A DNA stretch of 64,000 nucleotides, from assembly GCA_963665325.3 (NCBI GenBank), contig OZ224045.1, positions 2,503,575-2,567,574 of the forward strand. Direction: 5' to 3'. Origin of the DNA: Alphaproteobacteria bacterium. Its GTDB lineage: Bacteria > Pseudomonadota > Alphaproteobacteria > Bin95. Below, piece after piece: positions 1-10,022 of this stretch. The translations under genes and the position numbers were made by a program. A model generated the notes under the pieces. It saw only the letters and a program-made list of their open reading frames with translations, was not told the DNA's origin and made no database searches. Numbering within the stretch: position 1 is the first letter of the stretch; the number at the start of each line of letters is the position of its first letter.

Positions 1-231
1 CATCCCGTCGGTCATACACGCCTGCCGCGCTATTGCCGCGGCCGCACCGGCCGGATCGAGCAGCTTTGGGGCGCGCATGTCTTCCCGGACACCCACGCCG
101 CTACCGGGGACCCGGACCCGCGCCACCTCTACAGCGTGCGGTTCGCGGCGCGCGAACTCTGGGGTCCCTCCGCCTGTGCAACGGACACGGTCATGATCGA
201 CCTCTGGGAACCCTATCTGGAGCCGGCGTGA
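1..231 (+). CDS. nthB: Nitrile hydratase beta subunit, C-terminal part (5' end outside window)
   Basis: Frame 1 reads HPVGHTRLPRYCRGRTGRIEQLWGAHVFPD...HLYSVRFAARELWG...DLWEPYLEPA*, the SH3-like C-terminus of NHase beta; TGA at 229-231. Confidence 0.85.
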   Translation, partial: HPVGHTRLPRYCRGRTGRIEQLWGAHVFPDTHAATGDPDPRHLYSVRFAARELWGPSACATDTVMIDLWEPYLEPA

Positions 232-521
232 CTCCGGATGCGCCGTTCGAGGAGCCCTGGCAGGCGCGGGCCTTCGCCATGACGGTGCGCCTCCACGAGG
301 CGGGCCGCTTCACTTGGCCCGTCTGGTCGGAGCATCTGGGCCGGGCGCTCCGCGCCGAGCCCGAACGGCCCTACTGGGAAAGCTGGCTCGCTGCGCTGGA
401 GGAACTGGCCGCAGCAGGAGGTCTCGCCGGCGCAACCGAACTCGACGACCGGCAGGAGGCCTGGCGCCGGGCCCATGCAGAGACACCGCATGGGCAGCCG
501 GTGCATCTCAAGGATCAGTAA
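228..521 (+). CDS. Nitrile hydratase accessory (activator, P14K-like) protein
   Basis: GTG overlaps the nthB stop (GTGA); PFEEPWQARAFAMTVRLHEAGRFTW and YWESWLAALE...AWRRAHAETPHGQP motifs. Confidence 0.85.
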   Translation: MTPDAPFEEPWQARAFAMTVRLHEAGRFTWPVWSEHLGRALRAEPERPYWESWLAALEELAAAGGLAGATELDDRQEAWRRAHAETPHGQPVHLKDQ

Positions 522-579
522 GAGCGCGGGTTTGAGGCCGATCCTGTCGTTTCGATCGGGCCTTCCAACAAGGCATCTT

Positions 580-678
580 TGTCACCCCGGACGCCGCGCG
601 AGCGGCGAGCCGGGGTCCAGTCTGTCAAAGTTCGGGCATGAGGCTCGACTGGGCCCCGGATCGCAGTCCGGGGCGACA
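580..678. repeat. REP/RIME-like nested palindromic intergenic element
   Basis: Outer IR TGTCACCCCGGAC (580-592)/GTCCGGGGCGACA (666-678) and inner IR CCGGGGTCCAGTC (610-622)/GACTGGGCCCCGG (647-659), one mismatch each; lies between convergent genes. Confidence 0.7.
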
Positions 679-724
679 GCGTTGGCAAACCTTCCGTCCC
701 GGTCCAACTCGGTCCGATAGCGCA

Positions 725-1915
725 TCAGTAAGAGCGCGGCATGCCGAGCACATGCTCGGCGAGATAGGCGAGCACGAGGTTGGTCGAGATCGGCGCCGTG
801 CGATAGAGCCGCGCCTCGCGGAACTTGCGCTCTATGTCGTATTCCTCGGCGAAGGCGAAGCCGCCATAGGTCTGCATGCACACGTCGCCCGCTTTCCAGG
901 AGGCCTCGGCGCAGAGATGCTTGGCCATGTTGGCTTCGGGTCCGCAGGGCTCGCCCGCCTCGAACAGGGCAGCCGCCTTGCGCATCACCAGCTCCGCCGC
1001 GACGGTCTGCGTATAGGCTTCCGCGATCGGGAACTGGATGCCCTGGTTCTGCCCGATAGGCCGGCCAAACACGCTGCGGTCGTTGGCGTATTCGACGGCG
1101 CGGTCGATGAAGAACTTGGCGTCGCCCAGCGCATCGGAGGCGACCAGAATGCGCTCGGCGTTCATGCCGTCCAGAATGTAGCGGAAGCCCCGGCCTTCCT
1201 CGCCGATCAACGCATCGGCCGGAATGCGCATATTGTCGAAGAACAACTCGTTGGTCTGGTGGTTGATCATCGTGCGGATCGGTCGGATTTCGAGCCCGTT
1301 GCCCAGCACCTCGCGCATATCCACCAGGAAGACGGACAGTCCGTCCGTCCGCTTCGCCACCCGGTCCTTCGGCGTGGTGCGCGCCAGCAGCAGCATCAGG
1401 TCAGAATATTGCGCGCGGCTCGTCCAGATCTTCTGGCCGTTGACGACATAGCCGTTGCCCTCGCGCACGGCAGTCGTCCGGAGGCTCAGCGTATCCGTGC
1501 CGCTGCTGGGCTCGGTGACACCGAACGCCTGGAGCCGCAATTCCCCGGTCGCGATCTTCGGCAGGTAGCGCTGTTTCTGCTCGTCGCTGCCGTGGCGCAG
1601 CAGGGTGCCCATGATGTACATCTGGGCGTGGCACGCCCCGGCATTGCAGCCGGAGGCGTTGACCTCCTCCAGCACCGCGCTGCCGGCCGAGATTGGCAGG
1701 CCCGAGCCTCCGTATTCCTCCGGGATCAGCACCGCCAGGTAGCCGGCGTCGGTCAGCGCCTTGACGAAGGTTTCCGGATATTCGCGGTTGCGGTCGAGCT
1801 CGCGCCAGTACTCGCCCGGATAGTTGGCGCAGAGCCGCCGGACGGCCTCGCGGATTTCGGGCCAGGTCTCGCCGACCTCCATCATAATGGGGCTGGCATC
1901 GTTCATCGCATCCAT
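725..1915 (-). CDS. Acyl-CoA dehydrogenase
   Basis: AFGVTEPSSGTD, VNGQKIWTS, RSVFGRPIGQNQGIQF, QTYGGFAFAEEYDIERKFRE motifs; start may be 1915, 1906 or 1885. Confidence 0.92.
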   Translation of the reverse strand: MDAMNDASPIMMEVGETWPEIREAVRRLCANYPGEYWRELDRNREYPETFVKALTDAGYLAVLIPEEYGGSGLPISAGSAVLEEVNASGCNAGACHAQMYIMGTLLRHGSDEQKQRYLPKIATGELRLQAFGVTEPSSGTDTLSLRTTAVREGNGYVVNGQKIWTSRAQYSDLMLLLARTTPKDRVAKRTDGLSVFLVDMREVLGNGLEIRPIRTMINHQTNELFFDNMRIPADALIGEEGRGFRYILDGMNAERILVASDALGDAKFFIDRAVEYANDRSVFGRPIGQNQGIQFPIAEAYTQTVAAELVMRKAAALFEAGEPCGPEANMAKHLCAEASWKAGDVCMQTYGGFAFAEEYDIERKFREARLYRTAPISTNLVLAYLAEHVLGMPRSY

Positions 1916-1989
1916 GGGGGCCACTGCCGCCTCCGTTCCACCGCGCTCGCGCCGGAGTAAACCGGAAGCGCCCGCGCGAATCCAGCGCG

Positions 1990-3123
1990 CTACCGTCGCC
2001 CTCTTGCGTCCACCGGCCAGATCGCTTCCAGCATCTCGCCGCGCATGGCGTGATAGACGTCGTATAGATTGACCGTCGGGTCGCAATGCGGCGGATGCAA
2101 CTCGACGATGTCCCCCACTTTGAGCCGAGCCGGATTGTCCTCCGCATAGTGGACGCGCCCGTGCTCGTCGCCGGCGAAGCTGAAGGTGGCGCCCTCCGGC
2201 GCGCCGCGCGCGAAGAGCGGCATTGGCCCGTCGGTAGCAAGCGCCTTCAGCCCGGCGTCAATAATGGCGAACTCGTCGCCTGCCGCGCTCACCACCGTCG
2301 CCATCACGAACATGGCGGGCTCGAAGGGGCCGGGGCCGTCCTCGGTCAGCGCCACCCTGCCGTAATCCACATCCATCACCGTGTAGCTGCCGGCCTGGAG
2401 CTCGCCCAGCACACCGTGGCGGTAGTCAAGGTCGTGCGTGCCGGTGCCGCCTCCGGTGACGAGCGGCGGTGCGAGGCCGGCGTCCGCCAGCACGGAGGAG
2501 ACATGGGCGAGGCGCTCGGACACGGCCGCCACCGCCTCGGCGCGCTCGGCGTAGTCGTACACATGCTGGAGATGGCCGGCATAGCCCTGGATGCCGGCGA
2601 AGACGAGGCCCGGCGCTTCGTCGATCTGCCGGGCGAGCGCCACGGCGGCTTGGGCCGAGTGCACGCCCGTGCGCCTCGTGCCGACATCGATATCGACCAG
2701 AAGCGTGAGCGGCTTACCGGTCGCCGCCTCGGCCAGCGCCGCTACCGCGCTCGGATCGTCGGCAACCGCCATCAGTCCCTCGGCTGTCTCGTTGAGCGTG
2801 ACCAGCCGGGCGGCGCGGCCGGGGCCGACCACGGGCGAGGTGACAAGCACGCCCGGAATGCCGGCGCCCGCCAGCACCTCGGCTTCGCCCAGCGTCGCGC
2901 AACACTGGCCGACCGCGCCCGCCGCAATCTGCCGGCGCGCGACCTGCACGCTCTTGTGTGTCTTGGCGTGCGGGCGCAGCGCCTGCCCGGTCCGCCGGCA
3001 GTGGGCGGCCATGCGCTCGATATTGCGGTCGAGCGCGTCGAGGTCGAGCAGCAGGGCAGGGGTGTTAAGCCGTGCGCGTCCTCCCGCTTCGCCGATCAGA
3101 TGCGCATTGGATCCCGGTTCCAT
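1990..3123 (-). CDS. DSD1-family PLP-dependent enzyme (D-threonine / 3-hydroxy-D-aspartate aldolase-like)
   Basis: TPALLLD, LRPHAKTHKS (PLP lysine), GGGTGT, ELQAGSY, HCDPTVNLYD. Confidence 0.88.
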   Translation of the reverse strand: MEPGSNAHLIGEAGGRARLNTPALLLDLDALDRNIERMAAHCRRTGQALRPHAKTHKSVQVARRQIAAGAVGQCCATLGEAEVLAGAGIPGVLVTSPVVGPGRAARLVTLNETAEGLMAVADDPSAVAALAEAATGKPLTLLVDIDVGTRRTGVHSAQAAVALARQIDEAPGLVFAGIQGYAGHLQHVYDYAERAEAVAAVSERLAHVSSVLADAGLAPPLVTGGGTGTHDLDYRHGVLGELQAGSYTVMDVDYGRVALTEDGPGPFEPAMFVMATVVSAAGDEFAIIDAGLKALATDGPMPLFARGAPEGATFSFAGDEHGRVHYAEDNPARLKVGDIVELHPPHCDPTVNLYDVYHAMRGEMLEAIWPVDARGRR

Positions 3124-3260
3124 GGTCGTTCGTTCCTTCCGCAGCGGTGCCAGACGGTTTTACACCGGGCGGGCGGAAAGCGCAGCGTCCGGCGCAGCCC
3201 CTTCCGCCGGTTGCCGCGCCGTGGCAGCATTGGTCGACGCAGAAGAGGAGACGAGTGCCC

Positions 3261-3743
3261 ATGTCCCCGCGCGCCCCGGCGCCGCAGCGCGGCTTCGAGG
3301 ATTTCCGGGTCGGAGAGACCTTCCATGCGCCCTCGCGCACCCATTCCGAGTCGCTGTTCTACGCCTTCCAGCTTGCCAGCGGCGACAATGCGCCGGTGCA
3401 TTACGACATCGAGCATTGCCGCAGCCGAGGCTGGCCGGGCCTGATGGCGCACGGCTTCCAGACGCTCATCCAGACCGCGCCCGGCGCGACGGGCCTCGCA
3501 GCGGAAATGGAGGATGCGCTGGTCGGTTTCCTGGAGCAGTCGAGCCGCTTCCTGAAGCCCGTCTTCTCCGGCGACACGCTCTATCCCGAGCTTGAGATCG
3601 TGTCGCTGGAGCCGCAGCGCACCACGGGCGTGATGACGCTCGCGAGCCGGGTGTGGAACCAGCGCGAAGAGCTGGTGCTGGAAGGCGAGATGCGCTTCCT
3701 GCTGCGCCTGAAGGAGCCGCAGATGGCGGACGCCGCGGACTGA
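3261..3743 (+). CDS. MaoC-family dehydratase (hot-dog fold)
   Basis: FEDFRVGETF, SGDNAPVHYD, AHG, FLKPVFSGDTL; GAGGAG RBS upstream. Confidence 0.85.
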   Translation: MSPRAPAPQRGFEDFRVGETFHAPSRTHSESLFYAFQLASGDNAPVHYDIEHCRSRGWPGLMAHGFQTLIQTAPGATGLAAEMEDALVGFLEQSSRFLKPVFSGDTLYPELEIVSLEPQRTTGVMTLASRVWNQREELVLEGEMRFLLRLKEPQMADAAD

Positions 3744-3761
3744 CGCAAGGAGACGGGTTTC

Positions 3762-4610
3762 ATGACACTGGAGATACGCCCGCTGAGCGACACGCTCGGC
3801 GCGGAAGTCCGAGGCCTCGACCTGACGCAACCGCTCGGCGAGGCCGATGCGGCGGCGGTGCGCGAGGCGTTTCTCGACCGGCACCTGCTCTGCTTCCGCT
3901 CCGAGCCGCTTTCCCCGGCGGACTTCCTGCGTATCGCGCGTCTGTTCGGCGAGCCGCAATTGCAGCTTCTTCGCCATCGCCGCCACGGGGAGGTGCCCGA
4001 GGTTTCGATGCTGGAGAGCACCTACAAGCGCCCCGAGGACAAGCCGGACGACCTCACCCTGGTGCGCCTGTCCGGCTGGCACACGGACGACAGCTATTTC
4101 GCGGCGCCCGCCAAGGCGACCATGCTCCAGTCCCTCGCGCTGCCGTCTTCCGGCGGCGAGACGCGCTTCTGCAATACCCGCCGGGCGTACGAGACGCTGG
4201 ACGACGGCCTGAAGGCGCGAATCGAGGGCGCCCGGGCGGTCCATGGCTACGACACGCCGCGCGCGCCCGGCCGGGCGGAGACACGCACGGCCGAGGAGGC
4301 CGCCGAGACGCCGGACGTGCTCCACCCCCTGGCGCGCACCCATGAGGATACGGGCAGGAAGGCGATCTATTTCAACCCGAACCGCACGGACCGCGTGGTC
4401 GGGCTGGAGCGCGCGGAAAGCGACGCGCTGCTCGACGGCCTTTACGCGCACATGACGGCCGACCGCTTCCGCTACGACCATAGCTGGCGGCTCGGCGACA
4501 TCCTGCTCTGGGATAATCGCTGCCTCCTGCATTCGGTGAACACGGATTTCCCGGTCGGCGAGGAACGCCGCCACCAGCGTGTGCTGCTTAAGGGGACGAA
4601 GCCGGTATGA
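3762..4610 (+). CDS. TauD/TfdA-family Fe(II)/2-oxoglutarate dioxygenase
   Basis: LGAEVRGLDL, WHTDDSY (HxD), GGETRF, WDNRCLLH. Confidence 0.9.
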   Translation: MTLEIRPLSDTLGAEVRGLDLTQPLGEADAAAVREAFLDRHLLCFRSEPLSPADFLRIARLFGEPQLQLLRHRRHGEVPEVSMLESTYKRPEDKPDDLTLVRLSGWHTDDSYFAAPAKATMLQSLALPSSGGETRFCNTRRAYETLDDGLKARIEGARAVHGYDTPRAPGRAETRTAEEAAETPDVLHPLARTHEDTGRKAIYFNPNRTDRVVGLERAESDALLDGLYAHMTADRFRYDHSWRLGDILLWDNRCLLHSVNTDFPVGEERRHQRVLLKGTKPV

Positions 4611-5473
4611 GCGTGCGGATCGAAAAGCTGTCGCCGGCGGTCGGCGCGGAAGTGACCGGCATCGATCCGCGCGAGCCGCTCGACGCCGGGACGGTCGCGA
4701 AACTCGAGGCTGCGTTCGAGGAACATGGCGTGCTGCTGTTCCGCGAGGCGCCGATGACACCGCCGCAGCTGACGGCATTTTCCCGGAATTTCGGGAATTT
4801 GCAGCCGCATGTGCAGCGCGCCTACCACCATCCCGAGGCGCCGGAAGTGGTGGTGATGACCAACCAGCATGCGGATGGCAGCTTCGACGAAACCGGCGCC
4901 CGGCGCGGCGCCATCGAGGATGTCCGTCAGGGTTGGCATTCGGACCTCTGCTACGACCGGGAGCCCGCCAAGGCGACGCTGCTGCACGCAACGAACGTGC
5001 CGTCCTCGGGCGGCAATACCTGCTTCACCAGCGCGTACGCCGCCTATGACGCGCTGCCGGAGCAGACGCGCCGGCGCGTCCGGGGCCTCGAAGCCCTGTT
5101 CGTCTATGGCACGGATCATCGGAGCAAGAGCCTCGTCGTGGCGGCGCGGACGCTCGACAAGGAGCAGCGCGCGGTGCACCCCGTCGTGAATGCGCATGCG
5201 GCGAGCGGCCGGGCGGCGATCTATGCCAACCCGCTGTTGACCGCCGGCGTCATCGGCATGGAGCAGGAAGAGAGCGACCGCCTGCTGGACCAGCTGTTCG
5301 ACATGCTCGACCGGCCGGAATTTCGCTGGGAGCACGAGTGGTCCGTCGGCGATACGCTGATGTGGGACAATCGTGGCGGCGTCATGCATAGCGGGCGGCT
5401 CGACTATCCCTTGGGCGAGTTGCGCCGCTTCCTCCGCACCACCGTCACCGGCGGCCCGATCCTGCCGGCCTGA
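4607..5473 (+). CDS. TauD/TfdA-family dioxygenase (second, tandem)
   Basis: VGAEVTGID, WHSDLCY, GGNTCF, WDNRGGVMH; ATGA overlap with the previous gene. Confidence 0.9.
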   Translation: MSVRIEKLSPAVGAEVTGIDPREPLDAGTVAKLEAAFEEHGVLLFREAPMTPPQLTAFSRNFGNLQPHVQRAYHHPEAPEVVVMTNQHADGSFDETGARRGAIEDVRQGWHSDLCYDREPAKATLLHATNVPSSGGNTCFTSAYAAYDALPEQTRRRVRGLEALFVYGTDHRSKSLVVAARTLDKEQRAVHPVVNAHAASGRAAIYANPLLTAGVIGMEQEESDRLLDQLFDMLDRPEFRWEHEWSVGDTLMWDNRGGVMHSGRLDYPLGELRRFLRTTVTGGPILPA

Positions 5474-5498
5474 GGCGTTTCGAAAGGGGATGCGGACG

Positions 5499-7061
5499 AT
5501 GACCTTCCGCGCCGAGAACTGGAGGCTCAGCAAGCCGGCCGTGCGCTCGCGGCACGGCCTTGTGGCTGCGCAGGAGAGCGAAGCGGCCGAACAGGGTGCG
5601 GCCGTGCTCAAGGCGGGCGGCAATGCTGTCGATGCCGCCATCGTCACCGCGCTCTGCCTCGCGACTACCGAGCCCTGGATGAGCGGCATCGGTGGCGGCG
5701 GCGTCATGCTGATCCATCTGGCCGACGAGCGGCGCACCGTCGGCATCGACTATTCCATGACAGCGCCCGGGTCCCTCGACCCTGCCCGTTATCCGCTGAG
5801 CGGCGAGGAGGGGCCGGAGGACGCGCTGTTCGTCTGGCCGCGTGTCATCGACGACCGCAACATGATCGGACCCGAAGCCGTGGCGGTGCCGGGCGCCGTC
5901 GCGGGCTTCGCCATGGCGCTCGAACGCTACGGCACGCTTGCATGGGCAGACGCGCTTGCGCCCGCCATCGAGACGGCCGAACGCGGCCTGGCCGCCTCCT
6001 GGTACACGACGCTGCAGATCGCCTTCGGCATGAGCGCCGGCCTCGGGCGCTACCCGGAGGCGCGGGACACCTACCTGCCGAACGGCGCGCCGCTGGTTTC
6101 GCAGACGCCGCATGCGCCGCAGCGCCGCCCGCTCGGGCGGCTGCCGGAGACCCTGCGCCGCCTGGCGCAAGCGGGCCCGCGCGACTTCTACGAGGGCGAA
6201 ACCGCCCGGCGCATCGTTGCCGACATGGCCGCGTCGGGCGGCCCGCTTTCGATCGATGACCTCGCTGCCTACGAAGCCTTCGAGGTGGAGCCGCTCGCTG
6301 TGCCGCACCATGACGGCGTGGTGCGGCTGATGCCGGGGCTCAACGCCGGCCCGACCATGGCGCGGGCGCTCGGCAATCTCGATGCCGGCCTCGACCGCGC
6401 CGCCGGCCTCGACGCCGCCGCCTATATCGCCTGGGCGGAGGCGCTGACGGAAGCCTATGAATACCGCCTCGCCAATATGGGTCATGACGGCGACGCGAGC
6501 GGGCGCGGCTGCACCACCCATCTCTCGGTCGTCGATGCGGCGGGCAATATGGTGACGCTGACCAACACGCTGCTGGAGCGGTTCGGGTCGCGTTTCATGC
6601 TCCCCGGAACCGGCATCCTGATGAACAACGGCGTCTTTTGGTTCGATCCGCGCCCCGGCCGTCCCAATTCGCTCAAGGGCGGGGTGAAGCCGCTCAACAA
6701 CATGGCGCCCGCGGTGGTGACGGGGCCGGACGGGACCGGCCGCTTCGCGCTCGGCGCATCGGGTGGACGTCGGATCGCGCCGGCCGTCTTCCAGCTGATC
6801 TCCATGCTGCTCGATTTCGGCCTCGATCTCGACGATGCGGTCCATCGCCCGCGCATCGATGCGAGCGGCGAGGGCAAGGTGACGATGGATCGCGAATTGC
6901 CGCCCGAGATCCGGGCCGCGCTGGCGGGCCGGTTCCAGACCGAAGTGACCGAGAGCGCCGTCGGCCAGAAGCTGTTCGCCAATCCGCAGATCGTCATGCG
7001 CGGCAATGCAGCAGCTGCCCATGTGCAGTCGCCCACGGCGGCGGTGGCGCTCGGCGGCTGA
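5499..7061 (+). CDS. Gamma-glutamyltransferase family protein
   Basis: GGNAVDAAI, SGIGGGG, TTHLSVVDAAGNMV (catalytic Thr), GASGGRRI. Confidence 0.9.
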   Translation: MTFRAENWRLSKPAVRSRHGLVAAQESEAAEQGAAVLKAGGNAVDAAIVTALCLATTEPWMSGIGGGGVMLIHLADERRTVGIDYSMTAPGSLDPARYPLSGEEGPEDALFVWPRVIDDRNMIGPEAVAVPGAVAGFAMALERYGTLAWADALAPAIETAERGLAASWYTTLQIAFGMSAGLGRYPEARDTYLPNGAPLVSQTPHAPQRRPLGRLPETLRRLAQAGPRDFYEGETARRIVADMAASGGPLSIDDLAAYEAFEVEPLAVPHHDGVVRLMPGLNAGPTMARALGNLDAGLDRAAGLDAAAYIAWAEALTEAYEYRLANMGHDGDASGRGCTTHLSVVDAAGNMVTLTNTLLERFGSRFMLPGTGILMNNGVFWFDPRPGRPNSLKGGVKPLNNMAPAVVTGPDGTGRFALGASGGRRIAPAVFQLISMLLDFGLDLDDAVHRPRIDASGEGKVTMDRELPPEIRAALAGRFQTEVTESAVGQKLFANPQIVMRGNAAAAHVQSPTAAVALGG

Positions 7062-7645
7062 TGCTGGAGGCGCGCGGCCTCGCCTGCGAGCGCGGCGGGC
7101 GCGTGCTGTTCCAGGGTCTGGACCTCGCGCTTGCCCCCGGCGAGGCCGCGCTCGTCACCGGCCCTAACGGCGCCGGCAAGTCGAGTCTGCTGCGCGTGCT
7201 GGCGGGATTGCTGCCGGCCTCGGGCGGAACCGTGGCCTGGACCGGCCGGGGTGAGGCGGACTTTCACTATGTCGGCCACGGCGACGCCGTGAAGCCGGCG
7301 CTCACTGTTACGCAAAACCTCGCCTTCTGGGTGCGGCTTGCCGGCCGGGGCACTGTTGAACCGGGGTTGGAGGCCGTCGGCCTGGCCGCGCTCGCCGATC
7401 TTCCGGCGCGGCTGCTCTCGGCCGGTCAGCGAAGGCGACTCGGCCTTGCGCGCCTCTTCGCCACGCCGGCCCCGCTCTGGCTGCTGGACGAGCCGACCGC
7501 CGGCCTCGACGACGCTGCAACGGATGCCGTCGAGCACGGCCTGGAGGCGCATATTGCCGGCGGCGGGGCGGCCGTCATCGCCACCCATGTCCCGCTCGGA
7601 ATGGAAGCCGTCCACCGCATCGACCTGGGCGCGCCCGGCCCGTGA
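7061..7645 (+). CDS. ccmA: Heme exporter ATP-binding protein CcmA
   Basis: MLEARGLACERGGRVLF, GPNGAGKSSLLR, LSAGQRRR, LWLLDEP; followed by ccmB and ccmC. Confidence 0.92.
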   Translation: MLEARGLACERGGRVLFQGLDLALAPGEAALVTGPNGAGKSSLLRVLAGLLPASGGTVAWTGRGEADFHYVGHGDAVKPALTVTQNLAFWVRLAGRGTVEPGLEAVGLAALADLPARLLSAGQRRRLGLARLFATPAPLWLLDEPTAGLDDAATDAVEHGLEAHIAGGGAAVIATHVPLGMEAVHRIDLGAPGP

Positions 7646-8292
7646 GGGTCTTTCTCGCCCTGATCGGCCGCGACCTCGCGCTCGCCGGCAGGCAGGGCGG
7701 GGAAAGCGGGCTGGCGCTCCTGTTCTTCGTGCTCGGCGCCGTGCTGTTCCCGCTCGGGCTCGGACCCGATCCCGGCACTCTCGCCGGCGTCGGCTCCGGC
7801 CTGCTCTGGGTGATCGCGCTGCTGGCGGCGCTGCTGTCGCTGGAGCGCCTGTTCCGCAACGACTGGGAGGACGGCACGCTGGACCTTCTGGCCGCGCGCC
7901 CGGAACCGCTGGTGACCGTCGTGCTCGCCAAATGTGCGTCACACTGGCTCGCAACCGGCCTGCCGATGACGGTCGTCTCCGCCCTGCTCGGCTCCATGCT
8001 GGCCGTGCCGGGCGATCGCCTCGGTCTGCTGGCGCTCTCCTTCCTGGTCGGCACGCCCGCGCTCACGCTGATCGGAGCGGCGGCAGCGGCGCTGACCCTC
8101 GGCGCGCGGCTGGGCGGGGTCTTGACGGCCATTCTTGTGCTGCCGCTCTATATCCCGGTCCTGATCTTCGGGGCCGCCGCCGCCGAAGGCCGGGAGGGCG
8201 CGCTTGCCCTGCTTGCCGCGATTGCGGTCGCCGCGCTGGCGCTGGCGCCGGCAGCCGCATCGGCGGCGCTCCGTCACGCCGTGGAGCAGTAG
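7642..8292 (+). CDS. ccmB: Heme exporter permease CcmB
   Basis: Hydrophobic; LERLFRNDWEDGTLD, LPLYIPVLIFG. Confidence 0.92.
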   Translation: MRVFLALIGRDLALAGRQGGESGLALLFFVLGAVLFPLGLGPDPGTLAGVGSGLLWVIALLAALLSLERLFRNDWEDGTLDLLAARPEPLVTVVLAKCASHWLATGLPMTVVSALLGSMLAVPGDRLGLLALSFLVGTPALTLIGAAAAALTLGARLGGVLTAILVLPLYIPVLIFGAAAAEGREGALALLAAIAVAALALAPAAASAALRHAVEQ

Positions 8293-8297
8293 AACCC

Positions 8298-9026
8298 GTG
8301 GCACGCAGCCTGCACCGCTTCGCCAATCCCGGCCGCTTCCGTCGCCTTGCCGGCCGCATCCTGCCCTGGGCGGCGGGCATCTCGACGGTCGCCTTCATCG
8401 CCGGGCTCTGGCTGGCGCTGGTCGACTCGCCCATCGACTACCAGCAGAAGGACTCGGTGCGCATCATGTATGTGCATGTCCCGGCGGCATGGATGGCGCT
8501 CAGCACCTATGCGGTCATGGCGCTGGCGAGCGCGGGCGCGCTCATCTGGAGGCACCCGCTGGCCGAACTCGCAGCCAAGGCCTCGGCCGCGCCGGGCGCC
8601 GGCTTCACGCTCATCGCGCTCGTCACCGGCTCGCTGTGGGGCCTGCCGACCTGGGGCACCTGGTGGGTGTGGGATGCACGGCTTACCTCCGTGCTCGTGC
8701 TGCTGTTCCTCTATGTCGGCTACATGGCGCTCTGGCGGGCGTTCGACGATCCGCGCCGGGCAGGACGGGCGGCGGCCGTGCTGGCGCTGGTCGGCGCAAT
8801 CAACCTCCCGATAATCAAATTCTCGGTGGACTGGTGGAGCACGCTGCACCAGCCGGCAAGCGTCAGCCGCTTCGGCACGCCGGCCATCGATCCCGCGATG
8901 CTGCGCCCGCTGCTGGTCATGTATGCCGCGTTCTTCTTCTTCTGGATCGCAGTGCTGCTGATCCGCATCCGCGCCGAGCTCGACGAACGCCGGCTCGCGG
9001 TGCTGGCGCTTCAGCGTTCGGTGTGA
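8298..9026 (+). CDS. ccmC: Heme exporter / chaperone CcmC
   Basis: RIMYVHVPAAW, Trp-rich WGTWWVWDARLTS motif, WWSTLHQ. Confidence 0.95.
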   Translation: MARSLHRFANPGRFRRLAGRILPWAAGISTVAFIAGLWLALVDSPIDYQQKDSVRIMYVHVPAAWMALSTYAVMALASAGALIWRHPLAELAAKASAAPGAGFTLIALVTGSLWGLPTWGTWWVWDARLTSVLVLLFLYVGYMALWRAFDDPRRAGRAAAVLALVGAINLPIIKFSVDWWSTLHQPASVSRFGTPAIDPAMLRPLLVMYAAFFFFWIAVLLIRIRAELDERRLAVLALQRSV

Positions 9027-9517
9027 CCGAGCCGGTGCACCGCCCAGGTCGAGAGCAGCACCGAGACCGTAAAGCAGACAATGCCGGGGCCGGCCTGGGC
9101 ACTCGTCAGCAGCCGACCGTCCAGCACCAGCACGGTGATCGCGATGGCGAAGACGTCCAGCATCGAATATTTGGATACCGCGCCCAGCACCCGGATCGGG
9201 CGGGTGTCGGTCCTGCCGGTGAACCAGGCCCAGGCGGCGAGGACGAGTTTCACCGCCGGCAGGGCGACGGAGAATGCGCCCATGACGGCGGCAAGGAACC
9301 AGTCGCCATCCCCGGCCAGCGCGGCGACGGAGCCCAGAATAGAATAGTCGGTGCCGAGCCAGAGGCGCTCGATGGTAATCGCCGGCAGGAACAGCCCCGG
9401 CGCCAGCAGCGCGGCGGAAAGCGCCAGCAGCAGGCCCGTGAGACCGTTGGGCTTACCGCGCCGATGCTCTAGGCTTCGCTCCCTGCCTTCACCCGCGAGA
9501 CCGTTCATGGACCTCAA
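9011..9517 (-). CDS. Paraquat-inducible protein A (PqiA)-like membrane protein; start uncertain
   Basis: YSILGSV...[10 protein letters not shown]...[13 protein letters not shown] resembles the PqiA KWSMxDVF motif; listed start overlaps apt, so the true start is probably downstream. Confidence 0.7.
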   Translation of the reverse strand: MRSMNGLAGEGRERSLEHRRGKPNGLTGLLLALSAALLAPGLFLPAITIERLWLGTDYSILGSVAALAGDGDWFLAAVMGAFSVALPAVKLVLAAWAWFTGRTDTRPIRVLGAVSKYSMLDVFAIAITVLVLDGRLLTSAQAGPGIVCFTVSVLLSTWAVHRLGHTER

Positions 9518-10022
9518 ATCCTGTATCCGGACGATCCCCGACTACCCGAAGCCCGGCATTCTCTTCTACGACATCTCGACGCTGATCGGGGACGGCAAGG
9601 CCTGGCGCTACACCGTGGACCGGCTCTGCGAGGCGGTCGAGGAGTTCGGCGCTGACCGGCTGGCCGGCATCGAGGCGCGCGGCTTCCTGGTCTCGGCCCC
9701 AGTGGCGGACCGGCTCGGCATCGGCTTCACCATGTTGCGCAAGCACGGCAAGCTGCCGGGCGATGTGGTCTCGCATCATTACGATCTCGAATATGGAACC
9801 GACACCATTGAAATCCAGTCGGACGCGGTCCGGCCCGGCGAGCGCGTTGTTGTGGTGGACGACCTGCTCGCCACGGGCGGCACCTTCGGCGCGGGCATCG
9901 ATCTCCTGCGGCGCATCGGCGCGGATGTGCGGGGTGCAGTCTGCATTGTCGAGCTTGCGTTTCTCGGCGGCCGTGCGCGGATCGACGCGCCGGTCGTCAG
10001 CCTCGTCGTTTATGACGAATGA
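9507..10022 (+). CDS. apt: Adenine phosphoribosyltransferase
   Basis: [40 protein letters not shown]. Confidence 0.96.
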   Translation: MDLKSCIRTIPDYPKPGILFYDISTLIGDGKAWRYTVDRLCEAVEEFGADRLAGIEARGFLVSAPVADRLGIGFTMLRKHGKLPGDVVSHHYDLEYGTDTIEIQSDAVRPGERVVVVDDLLATGGTFGAGIDLLRRIGADVRGAVCIVELAFLGGRARIDAPVVSLVVYDE

